Below are positions 51,146 through 63,925 of a stretch of 64,000 nt of DNA, piece after piece (the first letter of the stretch is position 1; every line of letters starts with the position of its first letter). The notes under the pieces were generated by a model. It had not been told where the DNA came from. It ran no database searches and worked only from the letters and a program-made list of their open reading frames with translations. This stretch comes from Mobula hypostoma (taxonomy: Eukaryota): NCBI RefSeq assembly GCF_963921235.1, contig NC_086097.1, positions 122,390,001-122,454,000 of the forward strand, given 5' to 3'. A program made the position numbers and the translations under genes.

Positions 51146-53279
51146 AAAGACTCCAGCAAATTTCAACAGATGTATAATGGAGAGCATTCTAACTGGCTGC
51201 ATCACCACCTGGTATGGAGACATCAACACACAGGATTGGAAAAAGCTGCAGAGGGTTGTAACCTCAGCCAGCTTCATCATGAGCTCTAGACTCCCCACCA
51301 TTGAGGGCATCTTCTAAAGGCACTGCCCCAATAGGCAGCATCTTTAAGTATCCCCATCACCCAGGACTTGGCTGCTGCTCATTGCCACTATTAGGGAGGA
51401 GGTACAGGAGTGTGAAAACACACAGTCAACATTTTAGGAGTAGTTTCTTCCCATCTGCCAACCGGGTAATAAACCCATGAACACTACTTCACTATGTTTG
51501 CTCTCTTTTTTAATATATTATTATTTCATATATTTCTTATTGTATTTTATAATACATTTTATACACTGCACTATATGGCTAACACAAAACTCTTGTAGTC
51601 TTATATCTCAGTGACAATAAACTGATTCCGAAGATGCTACTGCTGTGGAATTATGCACATAATCCCCATGTTGAGGAAAGTGGAACTTTGAATTTTGCTT
51701 CATGGCACATGAGGTGACAGAGTCAACAAACGGCCTGCTGTAAATCACAGTATTAGATGTGGAAGCTAAAGCAAGAACAAATTGCATTCCTTTGCCTGCG
51801 TACACACACACATACACAAACAGAAGTCCACCACTCTTTGAATTTATACCAGTTCTATGCAAGAGCAAGACAACTCATCCCACTTCCCTGCCCTTTCTCT
51901 ATGACCTTAATTATTCTTTCCTTTCTAGATATTTCTAGTGGAGGCATAATTTTAAGGCGACAGGAGGACAGTAGAGGAGGAATGTCAGAGGTAAGTTTTT
52001 TTTACAGAGAGAATTCTGTGTGGATGGAACATACAGCAGGGGTGGTGACAGAGGGACATTTAGGAGACTCTTAGATAGGCAGATGATTGAATGAAAAATG
52101 GAGGACGTGGGAGGGAAGAGTTAGATTGATTTCAGAGTAGGTTAAGAGGTCAGCACAACACTGTGGGCCAAAGGGCCTGTACTGCACCATAAATTCTGTA
52201 TTCTATATGTACCACCTCTCTTTTCAGAATCAGAATCAGGTTTAATATCACCGGCATATGTCGTGAAACTGGTTACACTACAATTGAATTGCTTTGCCTC
52301 CTGCCCAGGCATTGCATTCCTGAATCTATCCACTTACTGAGAAAGTCTCCGTTCCAACAGTACTAACATTGTAAGCAGTGAACTGGCCAAATGCATGAAG
52401 CAAAGCCTCAGGGTGTTTTTGTGCCCATCTCAACTGTGCTTTAGATAGTTGAGAACATTGTAAGGATCAACACCATGAATTAGTAATCTATAGAAGTAAT
52501 GTTGCTTTGCTGTTTGCAACAGAATTCCCTTATGACTCCAACCAGTTTACAGCTTAAATTCATGGAACACTACGGCATAAAAAGAGCCCTTCAGCCTAAG
52601 TTGTCCATGCAAAACTATAATTCTGCTTAGGCGCATTGACCTGTACCTGGAAGACTGGCCTCCATAACCACCACCCCCCCCCAATCCACATACCTATCCA
52701 AATTTCTTTTAAATATTGAAATTGAACCCATATCCACCACATCCACAGGCAGCTTGTTCCACACTTTCACCACCCTCTGGGTGAAGAAGTTCCCACTCAT
52801 ATTCCCCTTAAATATTTCACCTTTCATCTTGAAACATTTCACCTTTCACCCTTAAACATTTAACCTCTCAGCAACTACTTCTTACTCCCAAACTATTTTA
52901 CCACATTAAAGTGTTCTATAACTGCAAAACATTTTTATTCAAGCCATAGTTGGCTCTTCATTTAGTTACGCTGTAGTAAGGCTTTCAAGGGATACTAACA
53001 TTCTTCCTCCTTTGACAGAAGATCTCTGACCAGTGTTGGTTGTTCTAGCAGATGTTGGGTGACCTGCTGAGTATCTCCATCATTTTGTTTCATTTGTTGG
53101 CAATATAAGACCACAAGACATAGGAGCAGAATTATTCCGTTTGGAGCATTGAGTTTACTCTACCATTCCATCAAGGCTGATATATTATCCCCTCATCCCT
53201 TTCTCCAGCCTTCTCACTATAACCTTTGACACCCTCACTAATCAAGAACCTATCAAACTCCACTTTAAATATAGTTAAA

Positions 53280-54015
53280 TAGGTAGATAGATACTTTATT
53301 GATCCCAAAGGAAATTACAGAGTCACAGTAGCATTACAATTGCACAGGTGTAAATATTAGAAGAAAAGTAGAAAGAATTTTAAAAAATAAGTTACAACAA
53401 TCAGGAGGAGGTCATCACTTCCCCAGCTATAGGTTGACTCATTATAGAGCTTAATAGCCGAAGGCAAGAATAAGCTCATATAGCGCTCTTCGCAGCAGCG
53501 CAGTCTACGAGTCTATTTAGTCTAGAGTCTATTTAGTCTAAAGTGCTCCTCTGTTCAGCCAAGGTGGTGTGCAGAGGGTGAGAAACATTGTCCAGAACTG
53601 TCAGGATTTTCTGTAGAGTCCTTTGTTCCACTACAGCCTCCACTGTGTCCAGTTTGATTCCTATAACAGAACCAGCCTTTCTAATCAGTTTATTGAGCCT
53701 GTTGGCATCACCTGTATGGATGCCATGGCTCCAGCACACCACCACATGGAAGACTGTACTGGCAACAACAGACTGGTAGAACATGTGAAGGAGAAGCCTG
53801 CATAGTCCAAAGGACCACAGTCTCCTCAGGAAGTAGAGGTGACTCTGGTCCTTCTTGTACACAGCCTCTGTGTTGGTATTCTTTTCAAGTCTGTTCATCC
53901 AGGTGCACCCCCGGGTACTTGTAGGTCCTCACCACATCCATGTTCTCACCATCAATAGTACCAGGGAGCAATGCAGGTTTACTCTTCCTGAAGTGCATCA
54001 CCATCTTCTTTGTTT
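53280..54015 (-). mobile_element. Rex1/Babar-type 3' fragment nested in a CR1 3' end
   Basis: ORF 53533-53898 (LYFLRRL, FYQSVVAS, HPLH); CR1 3' pieces on both sides. Confidence 0.85.
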
Positions 54016-54383
54016 TACTAATGTATACCAATGATTTGGCCTCCACAGTCATCTGTGGCAATGAATTCCACAGATTCACCACACTTTGGCTAAAGAAATC
54101 CCTTCTTATCTCTGTCCTTGTACTCCGTGGCTATGCACTCTGGTCCTGGTCTCCTCCATGATAGGAAACATCCTCTTGACATGCTCTCTACATAGGCCTT
54201 TCATATTCGATGAGATTCAGTTATTTTTGTAACTTTAAAACATTAAACTCATTCAAATGAATCCAAAATGTGAGTCTAAGTTAGGTGCACACGTATCACA
54301 TGGTAGCGTGATGATGTGTACAATTTATGTATTTATACATGTAACTCATAATAAATTATTTAAATGGACAAGAATACTTAACC

Positions 54384-54386
<3 letters not shown>

Positions 54387-54459
<73 letters not shown>
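54387..54459. repeat. (CT)n plus (AT)n compound microsatellite
   Basis: Direct observation. Confidence 0.99.
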
Positions 54460-56249
54460 CCCCTCTCATTCATGTAAACTCCAGTGAGTACAGGCCCAGA
54501 GTGATCAAAGGTTCCTCCTAGGTTAACACTTTCATTCCCAGGATCATTCTCATGAATCTTCTCAGCACATCCTGTCTTAGAAAACTGCTCACAATACACG
54601 AAGTGCTGTCTGACCAATGTTTTATAAAGCCTCAGATTTAAGAGCAATTAGGCCACTGGCTGCTTCTGAAATTCTAACATAGTCCTCTCATTATCGCTCT
54701 TAGTTTTTGCTGCCTAAAATCCTTCAGTCACATTTCTGACAAAACCCCAGAAACTTTCGACAAGAGAAATATGCAAAAAAGGTAGGTTTGGAAAAGATAC
54801 TTCAGGCACAGTTACTGTATATCCATAGTCCAAGTCATTGCCAACAACTAAGCCAATTTGGAGATAAAACACAACAGTCCTGTAGCAAACCGTGCAAGAA
54901 ACAAATTCATACATAAAACCTCTCCCAGATCATCTTGTTATATGTTGTCAGTGAGGTATATTTATGAAGAATAAGCCAGAGTCTATGAGCCAGTGCACAT
55001 CATGGGATCAGAGGTGAAGAGGGTCAGTAGTTTAATGTTCCTTGGCATTATCATGTCAGAGGATCTATCCTGGGACCAGCAGCAAGCACTATGACAAAGA
55101 TGGCATGACAGCACCTCTAATTTCTCAGAAGTTTGTAGGTATTCAGAATGTCATCAAAAACTGACACATTTCTATAGATGCACAGTGGAGAGGATCCTAA
55201 CTGGCTGCATTGTGGCCTGCTATGGAAACCTCAATGCCCAAGAACGGAAAAATATACAAAGAGAGTGGTGGTTACAGCCCAATCCATCACAAGCAAAGCC
55301 ATCCCTACCATTGAGGACGTCCACAAGGAGCACAGTTGTATTTGCAGAGTTTGTCTTCTTTTGCACATTGGTTGTTTGTCAATCTTGTTTGTGTGTGGTT
55401 TTTTAATTCATCCTATTGTATTCCTTTGTTCTACTGATAATGTCTGCAAGGAAATGAATCACATGGTGGTATACAGTGACAAATATGCATTTGGAGAATA
55501 AATTTACTTTGAACTTTGAAATATTGTCCACAGAGAGGACTCGATCAAGGAAGCACTGCTTTTGTGTTAACCATTTCTTAGGAGCAGGAAACGAGACTGA
55601 ACTTCATTTCCATCATCTGTTCGCGCAGTGATGCTGGAGGAAGAGTTCGATTTAAAATCACGTTGCAACATTTTGGGATATTCTAACCAGAGGCATTCTT
55701 ACATGTTGGGTTTTCCTCCAGAGATAGGAGCACTGCATAAATTGGAAGAAATCAATCCATTATTATTTTGTATGACAGCCCACAATTTGGACACAAGATA
55801 GAAATTGGCATGAATTTCATCCAGCTGTTAGCTATAACAAAAGTAAGACAATGCTGTGCACCAAACATATCAGGATAGTATGATCTATTGACACTCACTG
55901 CTTTCAGACACACGTAATGTGTTCTGGGTATCAGCAACAGATCAAAGTAAATAGGCAGAGGAGGTGTTTTTCCTCCCCCTTCAGTGCATTTCTGAGCCAG
56001 ACATGCTTAAAGCCAGTTGGTTGCTGTTGCTATCGTACAACAATTTAAATAATTATCTTCATAGGGAGTGCCACAATGCATGGAAAAAAACATTTTCCTC
56101 CAGCTAATCAAGAACTGCATGGGCTCTTGTCTGTCCACAGTCTGTAGCTCCACATTACCTGCTCACCTCCCTCAACTGGTGTTGCTGCAGATCTAAATTG
56201 ATCTGGTTATTTGTTTGCAGGATTATCGCCAAGCCTGAAGGGTAAGTTG

Positions 56250-56693
56250 CAATGGTTTTGTCCCCATGTTGAGATGACATCATCAATGCCCAATTGAGTA
56301 CTGTGTCTGTTGAGTGCTCACGTTTATATTGGTCTAACTCGTTGCTCAGATTGGTGGGCTGTCACACTGTCTGCTAGTCTTCACTGGGTTACAGACTACA
56401 GGCCAACTGCATGATCTTCGCTGGCTTGTGTCCCGGGTTATCGGTCACTGTGAGCATTGGTTCCTCGGGTATCCGTGACTTACCCCTCGGCCTCAATCCT
56501 GCAGATGCATAGGTTTGCAAATTATGTCCGATTCAATATGCTTGTTAATAGAGTCTTCTGTTGAGAGCCAAGCTTCTAAGGATCTCTTCATTTCTTGTAT
56601 TGTGCTTCTGCCAGAATTTTTGTAGTTTCCCAGATGAACTTGTGTCCTTTTTGGTCTTCATATCCTGAGGTGAGTGACAGAGGATTGCATCTC
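56250..56693 (-). mobile_element. Penelope-like element: GIY-YIG C-terminal half and 3' end
   Basis: CNPLSLTSGYEDQKGHKFIWETTKILAE..LEAWLSTEDSINKHIE; decayed hammerhead-like TTGATGATGTC..GACAAAAC at 56255-56286. Confidence 0.75.
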
Positions 56694-56696
56694 AGA

Positions 56697-58234
56697 CTAT
56701 AAAACCATAAGACATAGGAGAAGAATTAGGCCATCTGGCCCATCGAGTCTGCTCCACCATTCAATCATGGCTGATCTGTCTTTTTCTCCTCCTCAACCCT
56801 AGTTCCCAGCCTTCTCCCTGTAACCTTTGATTCCATGTCCAATCAAGAACCTATCAATCTTCGTCTTAAATACAGCCAATTACCTGGCCTCCACAGCTGC
56901 ATGCGGCAACAAATTCCACAAATTCACCACCCCTTGACTAAAGAAATTTCTCCGCATCTCTGTTTTGAAAGAGCGCCCCTCTATCCTGAGGCTGTGTCTG
57001 TTGAGTGCTCACGTTTATAAAGGGCGCTCTTCCATCTAGTCCTCTTGAAATGAATGCTAGCATGACATTTGCCTTCTTCACCACTGACTCAACCTGCAAA
57101 TTAACCTTCAGGTTGTTTTGCACAAGGACTCCCAAGCCCCTCTGCATCTCAGATTCCTGGACTTTCTGCCTGGTGATTTTTGAAAGATCATTTCTAATGA
57201 CACCACAATCTCTAATGCTACCTCTTTCAGAACCCTAAGGTGTAGTTGATCTGGTCTGGGTGACTTATGTACCTTTAGGTCTTTCAACTTTTTGAGCACC
57301 TTCTCTCTTGTAACAGTAACTGCATCCACTTATCTTGCTTCACACACTACAACATCAGGCATATTGCTAGTGTCTTCCACAGTGAAAACTGATACAAAAT
57401 ACTCATTTAGTTCAGCAGCCATCTCCTTGTCCCCTGCTATTATTTCTCCTGCCTCATTTTCTAGCGGTCCTATATCCACCCTCATTTCTCTTTTATTTTT
57501 AACATACTTGAAAAATCTTTTACTATCCACTTTGATATTATTTGCTAGCTTGCTTTCATATTTCATCTTTTCCTTTCTAATGATTTTTTTAGTTGTGTGG
57601 CACAGGCAGCAATCCATAAATTAATAACCAGGAGGTCCTGCTTCTTAGCTTTCTACCTAGCTCTCTAAATTCTCTTTTCAGGACTTTATTGCTTCTCTTT
57701 CCTACGTCATTGGTGCCAATATGTACCAAGACATCTGGCTGCTCCCCATCCCTCTCCAAAATGTTGTGGACGTGATTTGAGACATCCCTGACCCTGACAC
57801 CTGTGAGGCAATATACCATCTGGGTGTCCCGTTCACGTCCAGAGTATCTTCTGTCTGTTCCTCTCACTATCGAGTTCCCTATCATTCTCGTTCCTTTCTT
57901 CTTTCTCTTTCCCTTCTGCATCATGGACCCGGTCACCGTGGCATCCTCTCAGGAGGTCAACCCCACAAAAGTATCCAAAGTGGTATACTTGTTTTTGAGG
58001 GGAATGGCCACAGGCTCTGTTCTAACTACCTATTTCCATTTCTCCTGACGGTCACCCAGCTACTCGCCTTCTGCAACTTCAAGGTGACTACTTCCCTGTT
58101 ACTTCGATCAATTTTTTCCTCACTCTCCCATACAAGTTGAAGGTCATCCAGATCCCTAACACAGTCTTCAAAGAACTGCAGCCGGATGCATTTCATGCAG
58201 ATGCAGTTCCCCGGGATACTCTGGGTCTCCCACT
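56697..58234 (-). mobile_element. Multiply deleted CR1 (ORF1 esterase to 3' tail) inserted in the Penelope element
   Basis: VLVHIGTND, KRFFKYVKNKR, LRVLKEVA; ccataagacatagg tail. Confidence 0.85.
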
Positions 58235-58470
58235 TCTTCTTACGCCGAGCTGATGTTCGTGTAGTCTCATGAATATTTCTCTCCCCTTCTGTCCAACATA
58301 AACTCCACATTGGATTTGGTATACTACATTTGTTATCTTCATGCGGGTTGTTGGATCTTTGGACTTTGAAATGTGCATTCTAATGGTTGTGCTGGGTTTG
58401 TGTGCTCCCTTTATTCCATGTGGTTGGAGCAGTCTTATCGTCATTTCAGAAATATTTGGATCTGGTTATA
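58235..58470 (-). mobile_element. Penelope-like element: linker and GIY-YIG N-terminal half
   Basis: RLLQPHGIKGAHKPSTTIR..KDP..NVVYQIQC..YVGQKGR..RLHEHQLGVRR. Confidence 0.85.
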
Positions 58471-58504
58471 TCACAAAAGGTAATAGCACTCATTTATAGA
58501 GTTT

Positions 58505-58755
58505 GGGGGTGGTATGGTAGCACAGGGGTTAGCACAATGCCATTACAACACCAGCAGCCTTGGGTTCAGTACCAGCCACTGTCTGTAAGGAGTCACTTCG
58601 TTCTCCCCGCGAGTTTCCGCCTGGTGCTCCAGTTTCCTTCCCCATAACAAAGGTCTATCGATTGGTAGAGTAATTGGTCACATTTGTGTAATTGGGCAGT
58701 GAGGGCTCATTGGGCTGGAAAGGCATGTTACTATGCTGCATCTCCAAGTAAAATA
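58505..58755 (+). mobile_element. tRNA-derived V-SINE/HE1-like SINE
   Basis: A box-like TGGTAGCACAGGGG, B box-like GGTTCAGTACC, then tgctccagtttcctt; related piece at 14200-14390. Confidence 0.7.
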
Positions 58756-59472
58756 AAATATCAACAGATGCAATTCTGTAAAGCTGGCATCACTGAAACA
58801 AGTCACAGGTTCGCCGGTATTTGCAAGGTTCCAGATAGGACAGCCATATGCATATTTTTGGTCAAAGACAAAAAGCCGAGTGCATCTGACATCTGGCTCT
58901 AATACTTGTTCCTCAATCAGTTACGACTAGGACACGTTGTACAGGAGGACAGTGTCTGATGAACGACTTGCTATCCCTTAAGTGAAGGCCAAAGCCCAAA
59001 TGTCAAAGACTACTTTGGCGAGTCTGGAAGTCGAGGCCTGATAGCTGAAGCCCACTTTAGTGTGTCTGCGATTCCAATGGGGAAGCCACAGGCTCAATAT
59101 TTGTGAGTCTGTTAAGTCCACTGGAAGCCCAGAAGTGGCCTGTCCATGGCTTGTAGGCCTTTGTGTATGTCTAAGTGGGTGGATGAGGAGAAAGAAATGG
59201 GCTTGTTTTGCTATTGTTGCTTGTGTTGTTCTGCTGAACATTATAGGCTTGTTATATTGGTACTAAGATGTGTGGCGACACCTATTGGGTGCCTCCATCA
59301 CATCGTTAGGTTGCATTGATTGTTAATGCAAACAATACATTTCACGGTATTTTCCGATATATATGTGATAAATAAATGAATCTAAATCTGTGGATTTTAA
59401 GACATGCAGGTTAATAAAAGGGTTTGTTGGAGAGAAACCAAAAGACTTTTAGGAGCAGATTAAGCTAGCTGA

Positions 59473-61130
59473 AATGCCTTAGCACCATTCCTTCTATCTC
59501 TGCCATGCCAAGGGACGATGTTAACCGAGGTCAACCTGCTGATGAGGCCGTTGCAGAGTTGAGATATTTGCAGAGCACTAACAAGTCTTGTACAAGTTCA
59601 GAGGTTGTGCTGCAGATCCCATAGCTTGTGGAATCCAAGCGAAAGAGGACAAATTAGGTTACTCAATGAGAAGAAGCAAAGTGTCTAGCAAGCATTTGAT
59701 ATTGCCCAGTCAACAGCTAAGCACACCGGATTTGCAGTATCACCCAGTGAAGATGCATTGTCAACAAGTTGTGATCAGCTCAGTAGTATCTTCAAGGAAA
59801 AGAGAAATAATCAACCAAGGAGCAAGTTTGTCATGGCCACTCAGAATATCAGGCTAATGGAAACACTAACAACAATTGTTCTGTTAGGGTACAGCTGACT
59901 ACAGTTTGTAAGAATGCAAGTTAAAACCATGGCATGGTTAGGGAAGCATAAAGAAGCCGATTTGGAAAATTACTAAAGTTCATCAGCTGGACTTGAGAAG
60001 AATGAGTGGGAATCTCATTGAAACGTATTGAAGAGTGAAAGGCTGAGACAGAGTGGACATGGAGAGGATGTTTCCTATTGTGGGGGAGTCTAGGACCAGA
60101 GGGCACAGCCTCAAAATACGAAGGCATCCCTTTAGAACAGAGATGAGGAATTTCTTTAGCCAGAGGATGGTGAATCCATGAAATTCATTGCCACAGATGT
60201 CTGTAGAGACCAAGTCACGTGATATATTTTAATTGGAGGCTGATAGTTTCTTGATGACTAAGGGCATCAAAGATTACAAGGAGAAGGTGGGAGAATGGGG
60301 TTGAGAAGGATAATAAAATCAAATCTGATGGAATGGCAGAGCAGACCTGATGGGCAAAATGACCTAAATCTGCTCCTATGCCTTATGGTCTCATAAAGGA
60401 GGAAGATGATATTTACATTTTCAATTGACTACTGAACTCTTGGACATCTGATTTACAGTGAAGAATGGAAAGTGTCAAATGAAATTGATGCTGTACATCT
60501 AATATCATTGATGTGCAAAGTGACATTGGCCAGCTAGCAAAACAAAGCTTAAACAGTCCTTCATACGTACACTGATAAGTGAAACTGGAGAATCAACTAG
60601 TGGAAGCTGAGTTCCCGTGTCCAATTGCTTCAGTACAAGAATCCTCAACTTCTGTTTTCCTCAGTCCTTAACATGAAGGACAAAGATGTGGGACCACTAG
60701 AAAGCGGCATGGTTGAATCACTCAAGTTTTCTGATTTGGCTCATTCAATCTCTCCTGTCACAGTCTTCTTAGGTAATCCCTAATGTACTGTATCAGATCA
60801 ATAGTGAGACTGTGGCCAATCGATTACACGGTGAATCAATTGGGCTTCCTACATGTGGGAGACATTCTTCTTTGGGAGCATGTCACATCTCAGCAGGCCC
60901 AGTTTGTAGCTCCCACATTGTTAGTTGCTCAGCATCTACTACCACGCAGTAAAAAGGTTTAATCATACAACTCCACTGATGCTCTTGCTCAAGGGAGTGA
61001 GGATGGACCATTTCCACTCAGATAGCTAATGAGGCCGGTGTTGGAGCAACAAACTTGAAGTGGGGAGCCCAATTAATAAGTCAATGGCACCTTTGTAATC
61101 ACCACAGATCCAAAACCAGAGAAACAAAAA
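59473..61130 (+). pseudogene. Decayed relic with RdRp-like palm motifs (candidate endogenous RNA-virus polymerase), split by a CR1
   Basis: FKEKRNNQPRSKFVMATQNIRLME (59791-59862), IFTFSIDY (60409-60432), SG-containing B-like segments and GD-containing C-like candidates; no intact GDD. Confidence 0.4.
59987..60392 (+). mobile_element. CR1 3' fragment
   Basis: gggagtctaggaccagagggcacagcctc and ccttatggtc tail. Confidence 0.9.
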
Positions 61131-61719
61131 CTGAACTCTCCTCTCCGATTCAATACACACAAAATGCTGGGAGAGACCAGAAGGTCAGGCAGTAGCTATG
61201 GAGGGGAATAAGCAGCTGATGTTCTGGGTCAAGACCCTCCATCAGGTTTGGAAAGGAAGAGAGAAGAAGTCAGAATAAGAAGGTGGGGTGAGGGGGAGGA
61301 GTAAAAGTTAGCAGGTGATAGGTGAGACCAGGTGAGGGAGCAAGGGGGCGGGGGGTATGAAATAAGAAGCTGGAAGGAGATATGTGGAAGGGATAAAGGG
61401 CTGAAGTAGAAATCTGATGGAGAGGAAAGTGAACCATGGGAAAAAGGGAGGGAGGAGAGGTGGCCGAAAGAGGTGATGGGCCTTCTTCTTGGTGATACAC
61501 CAAGGTGAGGCACCAACAGAAGGTGAGTTGCATCATTACAAGAGTATGTGGATGATACTCAAAAACCACATTCCGACAAAATGTGACCCTACTATGTTTT
61601 GGGTGCACAATCACACAAGTGAGAAAACGATGATGCATTATTACCAAATTACAGGAAATATTTCAAGTTATGCATCGAGAATCGGGGATCACAAGGTCAA
61701 ATAGCAATAGCAGTAGTAG

Positions 61720-62140
61720 TGCTATCACTCGAGTCAAATGTGATGTTTTCCGAAGTGGTTATCTAACGATGCATCCTCAGATGGCTTTAGAGGCCAGTCC
61801 AGGGTCTACATATTCTGGAGCCCACTGGACACGAGTAAGTGGTGTCTGTGGTTCGAGGTTGGGTCTTTTGGTTGTTCAGTCTCTCCTGTTGCAGCTGCAT
61901 TTTGTTCTGGGTGAACAGGTCATTCTCATATAGCGCAGCTCCCTCTTGCACAGATTTCCTCCAGGTGCATCTACTGACTTCCCTGCTTCCCAGTTTTTAG
62001 AGGTAATGTTGAAATTCTTCAAGCTGATTTTGATATTATTTTTGAAGCATTTCCTTTGTCCACCAGGGGCTCACTGACCTTCCTTCAACTGGGAGTAAAA
62101 GATCTGTTTGAGAAGATGCGAGTTAGGCATTAGGATGACT
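61720..62140 (-). mobile_element. RTE 3' fragment, older
   Basis: Minus strand reads LLKQIFYSQLKEGQ..GGQRKCFK..NWE, like the RTE C-terminus near 38.5 kb. Confidence 0.65.
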
Positions 62141-62914
62141 TGAAGAATACCCAAGAATTGTCTGTATCAGCTAGGTTTCCAGAGGATTTCCCCTGATGTT
62201 TGGGAATCAATAAGCAATTGCAGAACATGATAAGATAGAAAGAATGTCGGAATCATCGCATAATTCAACCCATGGCCTTGATGGAAGAAACCAACAATGT
62301 TATAGAACCATCCATGAAAAATAATCACGATCAAAGCAGATGCTCATTCAAAGTGGCTAACCGTTCCCATGGAAACTTCAACGTTTCAAGTGATAAATTT
62401 AAAAGCTGAGAATATGCAGTTACTTGAAGCAAACAATTGGCTGTAATGACCAAAATTGGCAAAGTACTCAGAATCAATGGAATCTAACACACAAGCACCA
62501 TGTACCCACTATGCACCCCCTCCCCCGTCAGTGGTATGGCAGAAAGGGCAACAGTCTGTCAAAGGTCAAATGGAATCATGTCAAAGTTTGCAGACATTTA
62601 TTTATTAGCCTTATTTCATTAGCTCTAGTTCTCACATATACATTGAAACATACAGTGAAATGCATCATCTAATGCCATTGGTCAACACACTGAGCTTGGG
62701 GCAGCCTGCAAGTGGTGCAAAGCTTCCGGTGCAAGCATAGCATGCCCACAACTCACGAACCTTAACCTTTTGAAATGCGGGAGGGAACCAGAGTCCCCAG
62801 ACGAAACCACACGGTCATTGGGAGAATGTACAAAAATGCTTATAGACAGTGACAGGAATAAACCGTAGTCCGTGATCAATAGTGCTGTAAATCAATGTCA
62901 CTGACTGCCATGCT

Positions 62915-63925
62915 ATCATGCTACCTGAATGGCAGACCACAGTGTGTGCGGCTTCAGAGTTGTGTGTCAGACGTGGCTATAGGCAGCACTGGGGCCCCCC
63001 AGGGGACTGTACTGCTGTACTGGCCTGGCTCCCTTCCTGTTCACCCTGTATACCTTGGACTTTAGATACAACACTGAGTCATGTCATCTGCAGAAATTCT
63101 CTGATGACTCAGCAGTAGTTGGGTGTATAAAGGGAAGGCTGGAGGAAGAATGCGGGGCCCTGGTGGAGGACTTTGTCAAATGGTGCAAGCATCTAACATC
63201 AGTAAAACAAAGGAGATGGTGATGGACTTTAGAAAGACTAAGCCTGCACTGTTACTATTGCTGATGTGGATGTGGATGTGGTGAGGACCCTCAAATACCT
63301 GAGGCTGCACATGGATGATAGACTTGAGTGGAGCACCAACACAAAGGCTGTGTATAAGAAAGGCCAGGGTCTCCTCTACTTCCTGAGGAGACTGAGGTCC
63401 TTTGGAGTATGCAGGCCTCTCCTTCACGTGTTCTATCAGTCTGTTGTTGCCAGTACAATCTTCAATGCTGTGGTGTGCTGGGACAATGGCATCAACACAG
63501 GTGATGCCAACAGGCTCAATAAACTGATTAGAAAGTCTGGTTCTGTTATAGGAGTCAAACTGGACACACTGGAGGCTGTGGTAGAACAAAGAACCCTATG
63601 GAAAATCCTGGCAATTCTGGACAATGTTTCTCACCCTCTGCATGCTACCTTGGCTGAACAGAGGAGCACTTTTAGTAATAGACCAAGACAAACTGTGCTA
63701 CTCCAAAGAGCGCTATATGAGGTGATTCTTTACCCTTGGCCAATAGGCTCTATAATGAGTTAACCTATAGCCAGGAAAGTGATGACCCCCTCCTGTTAGA
63801 CTGTTTGAGGTAACTTACATTTTATTCTTTCTACTTATCCTCTAATATTTATATCTGTGCACTTGTAATGCTACTGTGACACTGCAATTTCCTTTGGGAT
63901 CAATGAAGTATCTATCTATCTACCT
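62915..63925 (+). mobile_element. Rex1/Babar-type RT/3' fragment
   Basis: ORF 63266-63763 (LYFLRRLRSFGVC, DANRLNKLIRK, HPLH); (TATC)n tail. Confidence 0.9.
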
